A stretch of 58,786 nt of DNA, from positions 1-58,786 of IMG/VR virus record IMGVR_UViG_3300033067_002133; one strand, written 5' to 3'. Under the pieces are notes generated by a model that was given only the letters and a program-made list of their open reading frames with translations, searched no databases and had not been told where the DNA came from. Source of the stretch: a virus (lineage: Duplodnaviria; Caudoviricetes). The position numbers were made by a program, and so were the translations under genes. Positions 46,201 through 56,392 of this stretch are shown piece after piece; the stretch's first letter is position 1; every line of letters begins with the position of its first letter.

Positions 46201-47823
46201 CTATGCAATAACGGAGTCTGGTACTGTGCCTGGGCTGTCAATCGGAAAGACAAGATCGTTTTCTCGAAGCGAGAATATCCGATTCATCCATTCGTGAAGT
46301 TCACCAGCGCGATCGTTCGTGACCGTGAGCGTTATCGTATCACCAACGCCCCAGTTTGTCGAATTAGGGATGATGGCAATATACGGTCCACCCGCATAAA
46401 GTCTCGTAGCTGGTTGCATTCGAACTTGATTGATAAACACACTGCTCGTATTGCTTACGGCAGTCGTGATTCGTATTCGCAGGTACAACAGGCCGGGAAG
46501 GTTGGTTGGTGTCCTGAACATCGCGCCGTGAACTTGATGTGCAGAGTTGCTCAGTGCCGAACAAGTGATTGTAAACGTGTTGTTCGTGCCTTCATCGTCG
46601 GCAACAACCGAACCGCCAATGCCGTCAACAAGATCCACGGTGATTACACCCGCGGCCGGGACCGAATCAACTTTAGCAAGCAAGCTTACGGCGTAGGTTG
46701 TCAAAGGCTCGGCGGTTACAAGCTGCTGAATGGTTGTAAGCTCGACTCCATTGGAATCGAATTCCAACGCTCGATCGCTACGGACCACATTAGCGCTGCC
46801 GGCAGTGGTCGTGTTGTGCGCGATACTTCCAGTGTTGAAAAAGTTTTCGCTTGTTAGTTGCGCTGGATTCGGTACGCCGTAGAATGTAACCGTGTATGTG
46901 TAGTTTGGAGCGGAGCCCGATCGGACGACTTCGACTTCTTCCAGTCCAGTAATCGCTCGCAAGGCCAACTGAACGGTCGTGGCGGTTGCATCAAACGCAA
47001 TCGGCTCAGTAACAGAAACCTTACTGTTTGAATCAGTGAATCGCAGTAAAAAATAACCGCTGGCCGGCGATCCACTGAACACGATCGTTTGGATCTCAAC
47101 GGTCGTAACCTTCAGCGTTGTTCCAAGTGTCGCCGTGATGACATTCCAGCTAGTTGGCCGGTGAATGCTGTAGGTGTCGTCGGTGTCAGTAAAATTTCCG
47201 TTATCGATTAAGTTGTCAGCAAACTGAACGTAATCTGATGTGGCGGTCAAAGACACCCCTGAACCGCTTGGAAACGTTGGGCTCAACGGCGAATCAGCGC
47301 TGCGATCGGATACACCTTGAAACGAAACGGCCGTACCGAATACGTCTCTGGCTGTGAACACGATGTCTTCAGCGAAACAGAACTCGGCAATCTTTCCGTT
47401 GTCAAGTTTGGTTGAAACTAACAGCGATCCATTGCCGACATTCGATCCGCCATACGCCAAGCTCGAACCAATTGCCGACGAATCAAACGTATCTGATTGC
47501 GCAACAAACTCATCAATCCATCGGCTAGATACAGCCAGGTCGCTGCGGTCGATCGACTCATCTTCTGCCACCATCGTTTCAACCAGAAATGTTTTCACAC
47601 TCTCAGCGATTGACGATACCAGCGATGAACATGCGCTCGCGCTTTGTTGGCTTATATCGTAGGCCGTCTCGATCGCTCGTCGCTGCTCAACGCTCTCGGC
47701 AGTAAAGCTATCGACATAATCTTGCAGTCCTGCAACCGTCGCGGCATGCTGCGTCTCTCGTGTTTTGGCGATTGCCAAACCTGCGCCGACTACACCGAAA
47801 ATATCAGCAATAACGATTGCCAT
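46201..47823 (-). CDS. virion structural protein with carbohydrate-binding-like domains
   Basis: NLIDNGNF; EIQTI..GYFLL.F..TEPIAFDA..VQLAL module. Confidence 0.6.
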   Translation of the reverse strand: MAIVIADIFGVVGAGLAIAKTRETQHAATVAGLQDYVDSFTAESVEQRRAIETAYDISQQSASACSSLVSSIAESVKTFLVETMVAEDESIDRSDLAVSSRWIDEFVAQSDTFDSSAIGSSLAYGGSNVGNGSLLVSTKLDNGKIAEFCFAEDIVFTARDVFGTAVSFQGVSDRSADSPLSPTFPSGSGVSLTATSDYVQFADNLIDNGNFTDTDDTYSIHRPTSWNVITATLGTTLKVTTVEIQTIVFSGSPASGYFLLRFTDSNSKVSVTEPIAFDATATTVQLALRAITGLEEVEVVRSGSAPNYTYTVTFYGVPNPAQLTSENFFNTGSIAHNTTTAGSANVVRSDRALEFDSNGVELTTIQQLVTAEPLTTYAVSLLAKVDSVPAAGVITVDLVDGIGGSVVADDEGTNNTFTITCSALSNSAHQVHGAMFRTPTNLPGLLYLRIRITTAVSNTSSVFINQVRMQPATRLYAGGPYIAIIPNSTNWGVGDTITLTVTNDRAGELHEWMNRIFSLRENDLVFPIDSPGTVPDSVIA

Positions 47824-47831
47824 AACTCACC

Positions 47832-49547
47832 TTACGAAATTGGGGGGTAATTATTGCCCGGTGTCAACTGTAATTCAGGTCCGAGATAGTTTGTTGCAAC
47901 ATTATTTGCAATGTACGGCGGATGACCAGATGGCAATTTTTCGTTTAATCGTGGGGCTCGCGCCATCAAGTATTCAATGTGCATGTTGATGCTGTAAAGC
48001 GTCTTACGTCCGTCCGCAGAGATCTGTGGCAACTGTAGTTCTGGTTGCCAAACCTGCGGATAGTTCATAATGTTGTTCATGTCTCGGAACGCTTTTTTAG
48101 CCGGAATGATCGGGTACTCGTTGATTCGACTCGCTTCGATGTCGATGATCCGCTTGGCAGTCGGCGCCGTGATTCGAGTAATGTAGTTTTCGCTTCCTCG
48201 GAATGAGGATACTGGATACTGAACAAGATTTTCCTGTACGTCGATCGTGCTGGATAAGTAATAGATCGGCGTTGATGTATTTCCTTTTCGGTTTTGAGCC
48301 GCTACAACATCTTCACTTGGCATGGCGCCATTTTGCTTGTCACCCGACTTCTTCTTTTCTTTCGGGTAGTTCTTGTTTGTTCCGTCTTCTCCGACACCAT
48401 AATCCTGCTGGAGCGGCTTGCTCCACGGATCGATCGCGGTGCATGGATCTTTGTAAAGTGCCTGGGCAAAGATTCCGCGAAGTCCGGCCGATTTGACTGG
48501 ATGTGGAAAATCGCCATTGAACTTGGGGTCCAGCGGTTTAAGAAATGTTCGTCGATTGCCAAGCAAGTTAGCAAGGTTAGTATGCATAACTTTGGCATGG
48601 GCCGATATGCTATTCGTGGTGATATCTTCATCGAATCTTATGTACTGAATGAGATCACCACCCTCATTGATGACATCGTTCAGGTAAAGCTTGGCGACAA
48701 GAATGTTGTAGCAAACTTTGAACAGTTCTTCCTTGGCGATGTACGGAGGACCGTTGACGGACAATCGGTATTCGCTTTCTGCTTTGTTGGCGCCTTCTGT
48801 TGGAAAGATGACGCTATGCTGCCCGCGCCACGAGACTGCTGGAAACGGCGGATAGGCGTAGACTTGCCGATCAACGATCGTGAAGTCCAGTGTTAGACCA
48901 TCGGGGCTCTCACTGAAGTTCATACTGTTTCGCATGAACCCTCTAATCAGTGGCGGCAGAACCCAGCCTTGGAATGAATGGACGCCAATGTCTGGCCGAG
49001 ACACAACAAGATGGCCTCGGTAAGTCCTGGTGGCAAACCAGTTCTCGTTGATATCTTCCATTTGCCAAAACTTCAACGAAACGATATCGGTGTTGTTTCG
49101 CTGGCTATTGTCTCCGCAAGCTTTGGTCCAAAATGTAACTGAAAATTCAATACGCGCTGATTTGTTGCCAACGATATGAAGTAACTTGGCGTGAGTGATT
49201 GGTCCATTTTTAATGTCGTTAAGCGCAGTGCCGCGTGATGCTGATCCTTTGCCGAAAACAGTCCAAACTGCTGTTCCGTCAATGAAGTAATAAAACGTTT
49301 GCTGCGGTCTGGATAGAGTTTTGATGATGTTGTCGATATTGGACGAAAGACCGCCTGAAATAGTGATTCCAAGCGGGTCTGTTGATGTACTGGTATTTGC
49401 TAAAAGATAAACAATACCAGTGACGGTTATTGTTGTTCGCCTGTAAAGCGGATTCGCCCCAGATTTATCCATCTCAACGGATTGTTCGATCGATTCAGTT
49501 AGAACATCGTAAATTGAGATGCCATCATATCGAATGATTGTTGCCAT
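47832..49547 (-). CDS. putative distal tail/baseplate protein
   Basis: 571 aa immediately after the tape-measure candidate. Confidence 0.55.
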   Translation of the reverse strand: MATIIRYDGISIYDVLTESIEQSVEMDKSGANPLYRRTTITVTGIVYLLANTSTSTDPLGITISGGLSSNIDNIIKTLSRPQQTFYYFIDGTAVWTVFGKGSASRGTALNDIKNGPITHAKLLHIVGNKSARIEFSVTFWTKACGDNSQRNNTDIVSLKFWQMEDINENWFATRTYRGHLVVSRPDIGVHSFQGWVLPPLIRGFMRNSMNFSESPDGLTLDFTIVDRQVYAYPPFPAVSWRGQHSVIFPTEGANKAESEYRLSVNGPPYIAKEELFKVCYNILVAKLYLNDVINEGGDLIQYIRFDEDITTNSISAHAKVMHTNLANLLGNRRTFLKPLDPKFNGDFPHPVKSAGLRGIFAQALYKDPCTAIDPWSKPLQQDYGVGEDGTNKNYPKEKKKSGDKQNGAMPSEDVVAAQNRKGNTSTPIYYLSSTIDVQENLVQYPVSSFRGSENYITRITAPTAKRIIDIEASRINEYPIIPAKKAFRDMNNIMNYPQVWQPELQLPQISADGRKTLYSINMHIEYLMARAPRLNEKLPSGHPPYIANNVATNYLGPELQLTPGNNYPPIS

Positions 49548-50554
49548 TATGGTCCAATTCCGCCTTTCTTTGCTGCTGGTCGAACAAGCGGATTGTTGGG
49601 TTGGCCACCAAGTGGAGCGATGATTCCCTGGGCAAACTGTTGGACAAGTTGATTTGTCGGTTGATTGTTATTGGTTGGCGCTAACGCTGCTCCAGCCAGA
49701 GCCGCAAGCAATGGTTGGGTTGAGGCTAAAATGTGAACTAATGCATCTATCTGTGGCTTCATTACAGCGGTAATGACTTCAAGTTTTATTAGCAGATCTT
49801 CGATGACTCGAATCAAGTTTGTCAGAAGCTTGTTGATCAAATTGGTTATTGTGTCTCGAAGACTTTGAAGTCTGTCAGATAGATCGGCAAGCGCTTCCTC
49901 TCTCGCTGCAACTGAACCCGAAACTCGATTGGCACTGCCGATGTCTCGCATGATTCGGCGCCGCTCGCTCATTGTGTAAGCGATAGCAATCTGAGCGTTG
50001 TATTTCGTGAGATGCTCTTGGCTTTTGCTTAGCTCAAGCCCCCACCGCTCAACGATCGCCGGCATTTCAGCAAACTGCTTGGTGATATCCAAGACAGAAG
50101 ATATCTTTTCGCCTGGGCCGGATAGCGGGTTGAGGAAAGACGAAACATTGCCACCGAATCGCTGTGCCTCGCCAAGCATTTTGCTGGGGACAGTCCCAAC
50201 ATCGCGCGAACTGTAGGTTTCCAGTGTTGACATCGGATTGGGGATCTCCGGTGGCGCAAGAAATTTTGCCACCTGCTGGCCGATCATGTTTCCAGCGGCA
50301 ACCCCAAGCCCGATTTTTAGAGATCCAGCAAACCCTGATTCTCCATCGTTTTTTGTTGCTTCTCCAAGCTCATCGTAGATATCGCCAGGCTTGGCGCTTT
50401 TGAGAGATCGTGGTGGGCCTATGAAGTCTGGGTCAGTATGCTCTTGCTTTACATTTTTCTCGGCTTTAGATTTTCTGCCGTTGCCCATAAAGTCGACAGC
50501 GGCGTCCATTGCCAGTTGGCCGGCGATTCTCGCTAGTATTGCTGGAATGGCCAT
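49547..50554 (-). CDS. short tape measure protein candidate
   Basis: follows the frameshifting chaperone; helical, A/G/L-rich. Confidence 0.55.
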   Translation of the reverse strand: MAIPAILARIAGQLAMDAAVDFMGNGRKSKAEKNVKQEHTDPDFIGPPRSLKSAKPGDIYDELGEATKNDGESGFAGSLKIGLGVAAGNMIGQQVAKFLAPPEIPNPMSTLETYSSRDVGTVPSKMLGEAQRFGGNVSSFLNPLSGPGEKISSVLDITKQFAEMPAIVERWGLELSKSQEHLTKYNAQIAIAYTMSERRRIMRDIGSANRVSGSVAAREEALADLSDRLQSLRDTITNLINKLLTNLIRVIEDLLIKLEVITAVMKPQIDALVHILASTQPLLAALAGAALAPTNNNQPTNQLVQQFAQGIIAPLGGQPNNPLVRPAAKKGGIGP

Positions 50555-50557
50555 CGG

Positions 50558-51174
50558 TTAACCTTTTCTGCGACTTGCTATTGCTGCTCTATGTTCCTTC
50601 CATAGCTCCATACCCTCCTCTTGGCTGGATGAAACTGAAGTGAACCATTCTTGATCATAAACTCCAGTATTAGCAATCGCAACACCGCGCCTAATCACTT
50701 CAGCGTGGAACACTGCCACGAGGCCTTGGTTGAGAATTAATCCAAGTCGAACGTCGCTGTCGATTGTTCCGTCTGGGTTTCTGACCCATTCGAGCCCGAA
50801 CCGTCCGACAAGCTCTGCTGTTGATTGCGTTTTTTTTTAATCGAGTCTAAAAAGTCAAACAACTCAACGAGAAGATCTTCAATGTCGCTGAGTGTTAATC
50901 CTTGCGTTGCGTTTACCGGATCGAAAACAGTCAAATTAAGAGACTTGGCAGCGTGGTCCATCAACTTAAACATCGCTTCATCACGATCTTTAGCTGGCAG
51001 GTTTGGCGCTTGGTATGTTTTCAGAAGCATTGGAAAATCAATGCCATCTGTATAGAACAATCGATGGTACGCAATAACGGGATCGATTCCGCTTTGCTTT
51101 TTACCGTCAAAATAATCAAAAACAACCGGCTTGCGGGCCGGTGCTTTGAATAGGCGTTTGATCCAATTGAACAT
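50558..51174 (-). CDS. tail assembly chaperone long form (G-T type) via -1 frameshift at 50830-50838, ~205 aa
   Basis: A9 run in KKK codons; -1 frame open 90 codons to TAA at 50558-50560. Confidence 0.75.
50737..51174 (-). CDS. tail assembly chaperone short form
   Basis: between tail tube and TMP; GGAG RBS. Confidence 0.75.
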   Translation of the reverse strand: MFNWIKRLFKAPARKPVVFDYFDGKKQSGIDPVIAYHRLFYTDGIDFPMLLKTYQAPNLPAKDRDEAMFKLMDHAAKSLNLTVFDPVNATQGLTLSDIEDLLVELFDFLDSIKKKRNQQQSLSDGSGSNGSETQTEQSTATFDLD

Positions 51175-51208
51175 CTTGCTCTACTCTCCGTCTTGGATTG
51201 TTTGCAGA

Positions 51209-51685
51209 TTACGGCGTGGTGAACGAATACAGAACCAAATCTGTTGGGTTGTTGACCCAAACCTCAAATGAAACTCGGTGGCCGCGAACTCGCATGCCTT
51301 TATTCATTGTCTGCGGACTTCGCGGAAACGCAATATTGTAAGTGCCAACTTCTTTTGTCCCGGTCAGCACAAGCGCACCATAAGCAGATTCTTGTCGCAT
51401 TAACGTACCAAATGGAAGAACAACGCCGGCCGTACCGGTTTTCTTCCACGTTGCAATGATATCCAAGTTTGTCTTGTTGTACTTGATCAAATCAAGATGG
51501 ACTGTTCCGATCGCGCCCATGAATTGAGTGTCTGATGCGGCTCCGCTCGTTCCTGCCCAATCGTCCGAATGAACATCGGAGAATCGCGGTTCAAGCGTTA
51601 CCTCAACGCCATCACGAGTGTATCCGATTTCCAAAGAGTTAAAGGAAACCAGCACCGGGCCATCGTAAAAATGTGTTGAAGCCAT
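51209..51685 (-). CDS. major tail tube protein
   Basis: 158 aa; GP..V....IGYTRDGVEV; position. Confidence 0.7.
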   Translation of the reverse strand: MASTHFYDGPVLVSFNSLEIGYTRDGVEVTLEPRFSDVHSDDWAGTSGAASDTQFMGAIGTVHLDLIKYNKTNLDIIATWKKTGTAGVVLPFGTLMRQESAYGALVLTGTKEVGTYNIAFPRSPQTMNKGMRVRGHRVSFEVWVNNPTDLVLYSFTTP

Positions 51686-51691
51686 GTTTGA

Positions 51692-52192
51692 TTACCCTGA
51701 AACTCGTCTAGGCGGATAGAAACGTCCTCTGGCAGCGTCAACGATCAAGTTGTATCGCTGCACTTCTACCAAGCTTACTGCTGTAGCTTCGATAACACCA
51801 GCATCCTTGGTTGCTTCAACGTCAAACACTTGCTGGCCGCTTCGAAGCATTTCCAGCGCTTCATTGGACGATTTTTCGGCTGCGGCTCTGGCTTGCTCGT
51901 ATCGATCGCTCCAAGGCTTTCGCTGCCACAGCTTCCAGAATGCAATTCGGCAAATCAAATCTCGAAGATAGGCGCCGCTCGATTCAGTTAGACCGTTCAG
52001 ATCCTCAAACGAATATCGCTTGCCTTTGAAGCATGCAGCAATCAACTCACCCGTCGCCGACTCAAGAGCCGTGAGCATCTTTTCGTCGGAGGATAGGTTT
52101 ATCTCGGTTGTTCTGGTCGAATCGCTGACGAGATCCCCAAGGGTTCTTACGTCATATCGATCGATCATGTCTTGTGGCGATGCAAGAGCCAA
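51692..52192 (-). CDS. Mu gp36-like (DUF1320) head-tail adaptor
   Basis: AS..DM..RY..L..L; ALESATGE; RY; L..L.C.IA...L. Confidence 0.75.
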   Translation of the reverse strand: MALASPQDMIDRYDVRTLGDLVSDSTRTTEINLSSDEKMLTALESATGELIAACFKGKRYSFEDLNGLTESSGAYLRDLICRIAFWKLWQRKPWSDRYEQARAAAEKSSNEALEMLRSGQQVFDVEATKDAGVIEATAVSLVEVQRYNLIVDAARGRFYPPRRVSG

Positions 52193-52193
52193 A

Positions 52194-53039
52194 TTACCTT
52201 GCTCCCATTGCGTCCACGGTCAGCGTTTTGATGGTGGTGGTGCGCGAATTAACGCCGGCGAACAAACACAAATCGATTGTCGGCCGAACGGCGCCCGCTG
52301 CGAGGGTTCCGACTTGTGTGCCGTTGATGTATCCGATCGCCGATCCGTCAGTGTCGACAATCAGGATGAAATCGACATACGTGTCTGCAACTGGAGCGAC
52401 GGCCGTGTCAACGTGCGTGGCGTCGACATCGTTTGCCACGCCAATCAACCGGAACGTGTCCGTGGTTGCGGCCGTGTCGTACAAAAACCCGATCGCATCG
52501 GTTGCATTTGTGGTGTAAGTCGTACCACTGAGCGAGGCTGGCTGCTCCAGTGTTCCGCTGGAAAGCGTATCGGTGAATCCAAAGAACATCCAAACATCGG
52601 AAATATTGCTGATCTTGGCTCGCCAATAAGCGACAATCTTGCCTTCTTCAGCCTCAAACACCAATGGACTGCAAATAACGCTACCGTCCGCGGCAATGCC
52701 AGTGCCAGCATCACCGGAAACAAGCGTGATCTCGCCGTTTGGCGCACCAGTGACGGCGGTTGCAATGACCGATTGAGGATCTGAGCCTTTTGTCGTCGTC
52801 CAGATGGTCGAATTGATGCCGCCGCCAAAATCATCGTAAAGATGACGAGGGCTCGCGGCACTGTAAACTGCTCGGCCGTCAACCGGAATCAGCATGCCGG
52901 GCCAGATGTGATCGGCAACTGCGAACAATCGCCGATCCGTTTGGTCCCAGAATACCTCACCGCTGTTTGCAGGTCGATTTCCAAGCGGTCGTGCTGTCTT
53001 CGGGCCTGTCAGGTCTTGCCCGTTGTAAACATTGCTCAT
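52194..53039 (-). CDS. putative capsid decoration / lectin-like virion protein
   Basis: directly after MCP; beta-rich, LYDDF. Confidence 0.55.
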   Translation of the reverse strand: MSNVYNGQDLTGPKTARPLGNRPANSGEVFWDQTDRRLFAVADHIWPGMLIPVDGRAVYSAASPRHLYDDFGGGINSTIWTTTKGSDPQSVIATAVTGAPNGEITLVSGDAGTGIAADGSVICSPLVFEAEEGKIVAYWRAKISNISDVWMFFGFTDTLSSGTLEQPASLSGTTYTTNATDAIGFLYDTAATTDTFRLIGVANDVDATHVDTAVAPVADTYVDFILIVDTDGSAIGYINGTQVGTLAAGAVRPTIDLCLFAGVNSRTTTIKTLTVDAMGAR

Positions 53040-53095
53040 ACTTAACCCCAGAAGAACGATTGCTTGAAAAACTAACTCAACAACCAGGCTAGTGC

Positions 53096-54139
53096 TTACG
53101 CGCTGATTGGATCAGTGAACACGAATCCCGAAATCGGCGCGGTTGCGTGGATTCCGTAATCGTCAACAGTGCGGCCGAGATGTCGTCGATTGTCGATGTC
53201 GTGCTTCGATTCGACAGTCATTTCTTCCTTGAAGAACATTGTCCAAGTGCTGAACGATGGACTTCCTTCGATGCCTTCCAAACCGCCTGGCCGGGCCATC
53301 ATCACAACGGCGGTGCTTGGCATGACAAAGCTCTTGGCGGCGGTCGCGCCTTTTCGGCTCGTGACCTTGACTGCGTTTTCGACCACCAGTTTGTAGTCGT
53401 ACAGCCGATCAGGCATGCCAAAGTTGTTGGCCGGACCCAAGTTTCCAAGGATCGTCTTTTCGGCGGCGGGCGATTGCTTGATGTGATCGCGGATCTCTTG
53501 AGTAACCGAGATTCGCTGTGCAACCCGCGGTCCCATGACGACGATCAAGTCTTCAGGCTGAACGGCGCCCAATGTTGCAATCATAATTTGCTCGGCGGCA
53601 TAATCAAGAGATCGCTTGATGTCCATCCGAACCGTGGTCGAAAGATTCCAACGTCCGGTAACACCAGAAATCGACTCGACAGCGCTGTAGTGGCCAGTCG
53701 GGTAGTTGGAAGTGTTGATCATTCGCGTAACTGCTCGGAGCGTTCGGGCAGTCATTGCTCGCTGAGCATTGATTCGAGCAAATTGAGCAAGCAGCTTCCA
53801 ATCAGCGTTTTCATCGGCTTCTTGCGGCAATCGAAACGCCGGAGCAAACCGACGAGTTTCCACTGCCTTGAATTCGAAGCCTTCCTCCGAACCCTCGCCG
53901 CTGGGGGCGTCAGCGCCGTATGGCCATGCAATGTCTTCAGCGTCCGAACCGAGAATTCGACCGGCCTGTTCGACCGTCATCTCGATGTACAAGCCACGAG
54001 GCTTTTTGATCGGGACGTATTGCATGTACTCTGGCAGCTTAAATTTTTTGGGATTGCGGCTGAAGTCAACCACCAAATTATTTGTTGCCTCCGTACTCGG
54101 CACAAATGTATTTGTACCGGAAGGGTAAACTTTGGGCAT
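53096..54139 (-). CDS. major capsid protein (start moved to ATG 54139)
   Basis: ~347 aa after scaffold and cement genes; AGGAG RBS; C-terminal GFVFTD. Confidence 0.75.
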   Translation of the reverse strand: MPKVYPSGTNTFVPSTEATNNLVVDFSRNPKKFKLPEYMQYVPIKKPRGLYIEMTVEQAGRILGSDAEDIAWPYGADAPSGEGSEEGFEFKAVETRRFAPAFRLPQEADENADWKLLAQFARINAQRAMTARTLRAVTRMINTSNYPTGHYSAVESISGVTGRWNLSTTVRMDIKRSLDYAAEQIMIATLGAVQPEDLIVVMGPRVAQRISVTQEIRDHIKQSPAAEKTILGNLGPANNFGMPDRLYDYKLVVENAVKVTSRKGATAAKSFVMPSTAVVMMARPGGLEGIEGSPSFSTWTMFFKEEMTVESKHDIDNRRHLGRTVDDYGIHATAPISGFVFTDPISA

Positions 54140-54199
54140 AGCCAAGCTCCTGAAACGTCAAATTAAAAACAACTCTGGAAACAACAAAAAAGTCAGTGA

Positions 54200-54604
54200 T
54201 TAAGCCTTGGTGTAAACCGGGCCGGTAATCAAACCGCGAACCAATTCGCCTTCGAGTGCAGATTCGAATGGCAAGAAAAAGCCATAGTCATCCGATGTGA
54301 TCGAGACGCCTTTACCGTCTGCGTCTGGTTTCAGGTAGACGCCGCGAGTGGCGCCACCAGATCCGACTTCGAGCAGCGATTCACTGCCAAACGATTTGTA
54401 CTGGAATTGGTATCCGTCAGATGCAGCAAGAACGCTGCTGTTTTGGGGGATCGGCGCTTCCTGACTGCCAGCTTGCGAAATACCAACAACATCTTTGTCG
54501 CCGGAATTCGATTCAACCAGAACGTGATTTGCGGCGCCGACCGACACGAAACGATTTGTTCGGATGTCACCACCGGCAGTTGCGGATAAAACGTGTGCAG
54601 GCAT
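54200..54604 (-). CDS. capsid cement protein (DUF2190-like)
   Basis: AGGDI..NRFV; VVGIS; LKPDADGKGV; ALEGELV. Confidence 0.65.
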   Translation of the reverse strand: MPAHVLSATAGGDIRTNRFVSVGAANHVLVESNSGDKDVVGISQAGSQEAPIPQNSSVLAASDGYQFQYKSFGSESLLEVGSGGATRGVYLKPDADGKGVSITSDDYGFFLPFESALEGELVRGLITGPVYTKA

Positions 54605-54664
54605 TGTATTGCTCTCTGTTGACAAAAACTACAAAAAACGAACTACCGAATATTGATTCAGCGA

Positions 54665-56209
54665 CTATTCAGGGAACTTGTCGCTGTCGTTGTTGATCAT
54701 CCATTCCAAGACATCTTGATAAGGAATATCCTTGAGGTTTTTCGCTCGTCGATCAAACACAACTTTCGATGCCGACTTGGCGTATTTCTGGCTCTTGCTT
54801 TCCGGCGCGTACTTTACCGGCCGCTGGAAATCAGCTTCGAATCCAGTAGCTCCGATCGGAACCTTTTGGTATCGGCGACGAACCTTTTCGATGTGCTTAC
54901 CGAACTCGTCATCGGTCATGCGGTTGCATTCGTTCATTTCTTCGTCTGCATCCAGCACATAGCCTTCGACTTGGGCAAGCTCAGCCAGTGCGGCGTGTCG
55001 CTTGGCGTATCGAGCGGCTTTGTTCGCTTCTGCAACCGCGTCGGCATTCTTTTGTGCCGCGGCTTTCAGCGCCTTGTTTTCTTCAACGACTTTTTGGTAG
55101 CGAACGGACATATCGTTGTATTGCTTGCGGTACATTTCAGGACCGTTTGACGATTTTTCATCGCCTTTTTTCTGGTTTTGACCAGTGCATTTGCAGTATC
55201 GCTCTCGCTGATCTGCATCGTCACAGTGGTGCTTCATGTAGCGAGACAAAAGCTTTCGGTCTTCCGAGTCCATCGCATTGATGTATTTCTTTGCAACTTC
55301 CTCGTCGAACGATCCGTCGACGCCGCAGCTTCGCTTGCTGAACCGCTTGGCCATTCCACCGGCAGCGGCCATGTCGTCGTCATCGTCGATCGGTGGCTCG
55401 CCCTCATCGCCTGCTGGGGATTCTGGCATTGGCATGTCGCCGCCAACCGGGCCGGCCGGAGGAGCCGATGGATTGTCCATTGGCAAATCAGCATCACCGT
55501 TTTTGCCAACCATCGCTTCACTGACCATTTCCTGAATGACAGGTTTGAAGGCGTCAAGCAATTGATTGATCTGTTCTGGTGAAAATGAATGAGTCATCGA
55601 GTCGCCTTTGCTGTTTTGGTCTGGCATTTCAATCATGTCTGGAGCCGATGTGTTCGTACCGCTTGGTGCAGTCATCGCGCTCATAGAATAACGGTACGGT
55701 TGCCGTGCGCCGGTTTTGGCATAAGTGATCATGCCAAGATCCCGTCTTGGAGTCTCGGCGCCAAGCAAGGCAATCGGATCGATGTAGCTGTTTTCAGGCT
55801 TGTCTTCTGGCCAAATTTCAACAGAACGCCGCGGGCGGTTCCTGAACGTGTCGATCTTATCCTTGTGGATTCGGAATCGAGCGTAAATAGCCCAACGAGG
55901 TTTCTTTTTGCCAAAACGCTTGACGGTGAACTGATCGGCGAACCCAACGATTTCTGGATCTTTTGCAGGATCTTTGTCTTCGGGTGTGTGGTGGCCAACA
56001 ATGGGAACCAGATCGCCGGTGTCAGCGATTCGATCGTTGTTGTTCGCTGCTATGCATTGAAGCAACGCGCGATCGTATTTGATTCCATCTTCAGTTTCGT
56101 GTTCATCAAAAATGGGAATGTCTTCGTAGACGTAACAATCACGGCCGTCATGGAGTTTGTCCAAAACAGGGACTTTTACGTCTCGATCTACAGTACCAGC
56201 AGCCGACAT
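54665..56209 (-). CDS. prohead protease/scaffold fusion (Mu gp32-like; start 56209 or 56236)
   Basis: P.VGHH, VGF, RRSVE, IALLG..P protease motifs; charged helical scaffold C-terminus. Confidence 0.8.
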   Translation of the reverse strand: MSAAGTVDRDVKVPVLDKLHDGRDCYVYEDIPIFDEHETEDGIKYDRALLQCIAANNNDRIADTGDLVPIVGHHTPEDKDPAKDPEIVGFADQFTVKRFGKKKPRWAIYARFRIHKDKIDTFRNRPRRSVEIWPEDKPENSYIDPIALLGAETPRRDLGMITYAKTGARQPYRYSMSAMTAPSGTNTSAPDMIEMPDQNSKGDSMTHSFSPEQINQLLDAFKPVIQEMVSEAMVGKNGDADLPMDNPSAPPAGPVGGDMPMPESPAGDEGEPPIDDDDDMAAAGGMAKRFSKRSCGVDGSFDEEVAKKYINAMDSEDRKLLSRYMKHHCDDADQRERYCKCTGQNQKKGDEKSSNGPEMYRKQYNDMSVRYQKVVEENKALKAAAQKNADAVAEANKAARYAKRHAALAELAQVEGYVLDADEEMNECNRMTDDEFGKHIEKVRRRYQKVPIGATGFEADFQRPVKYAPESKSQKYAKSASKVVFDRRAKNLKDIPYQDVLEWMINNDSDKFPE

Positions 56210-56329
56210 CTTGAAACCTGCCTGCAAAATAAGCACAAATGCCCAAACAATAGGCAGTTATCGTTAAAATGATTTTTGTTAACTAAAAAATTTACACAAA
56301 ACTTTGAATTTCGCTAGTTTTAAGCGCAT

Positions 56330-56364
56330 AAAAAAAGCACCAGGCCTGTTCAGACCTAGTGCTT
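56330..56364 (-). terminator. intrinsic terminator
   Basis: AAGCACTAGGTCTG/CAGGCCTGGTGCTT stem (G-U pairs) plus T-run. Confidence 0.75.
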
Positions 56365-56392
56365 CACCTGAAATTGTCCCGATCCATACGGA

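Noticed and set aside
12332-56209. Transposable Mu-like phage or integrated prophage
   Set aside because: Mu-like head genes only; no transposase, integrase, att site or host genes seen in the window.
52020-56272. Long + strand ORFs (52020-52784, 53147-54166, 55589-56272)
   Set aside because: Antisense shadows of well-supported structural genes, with no motifs of their own.
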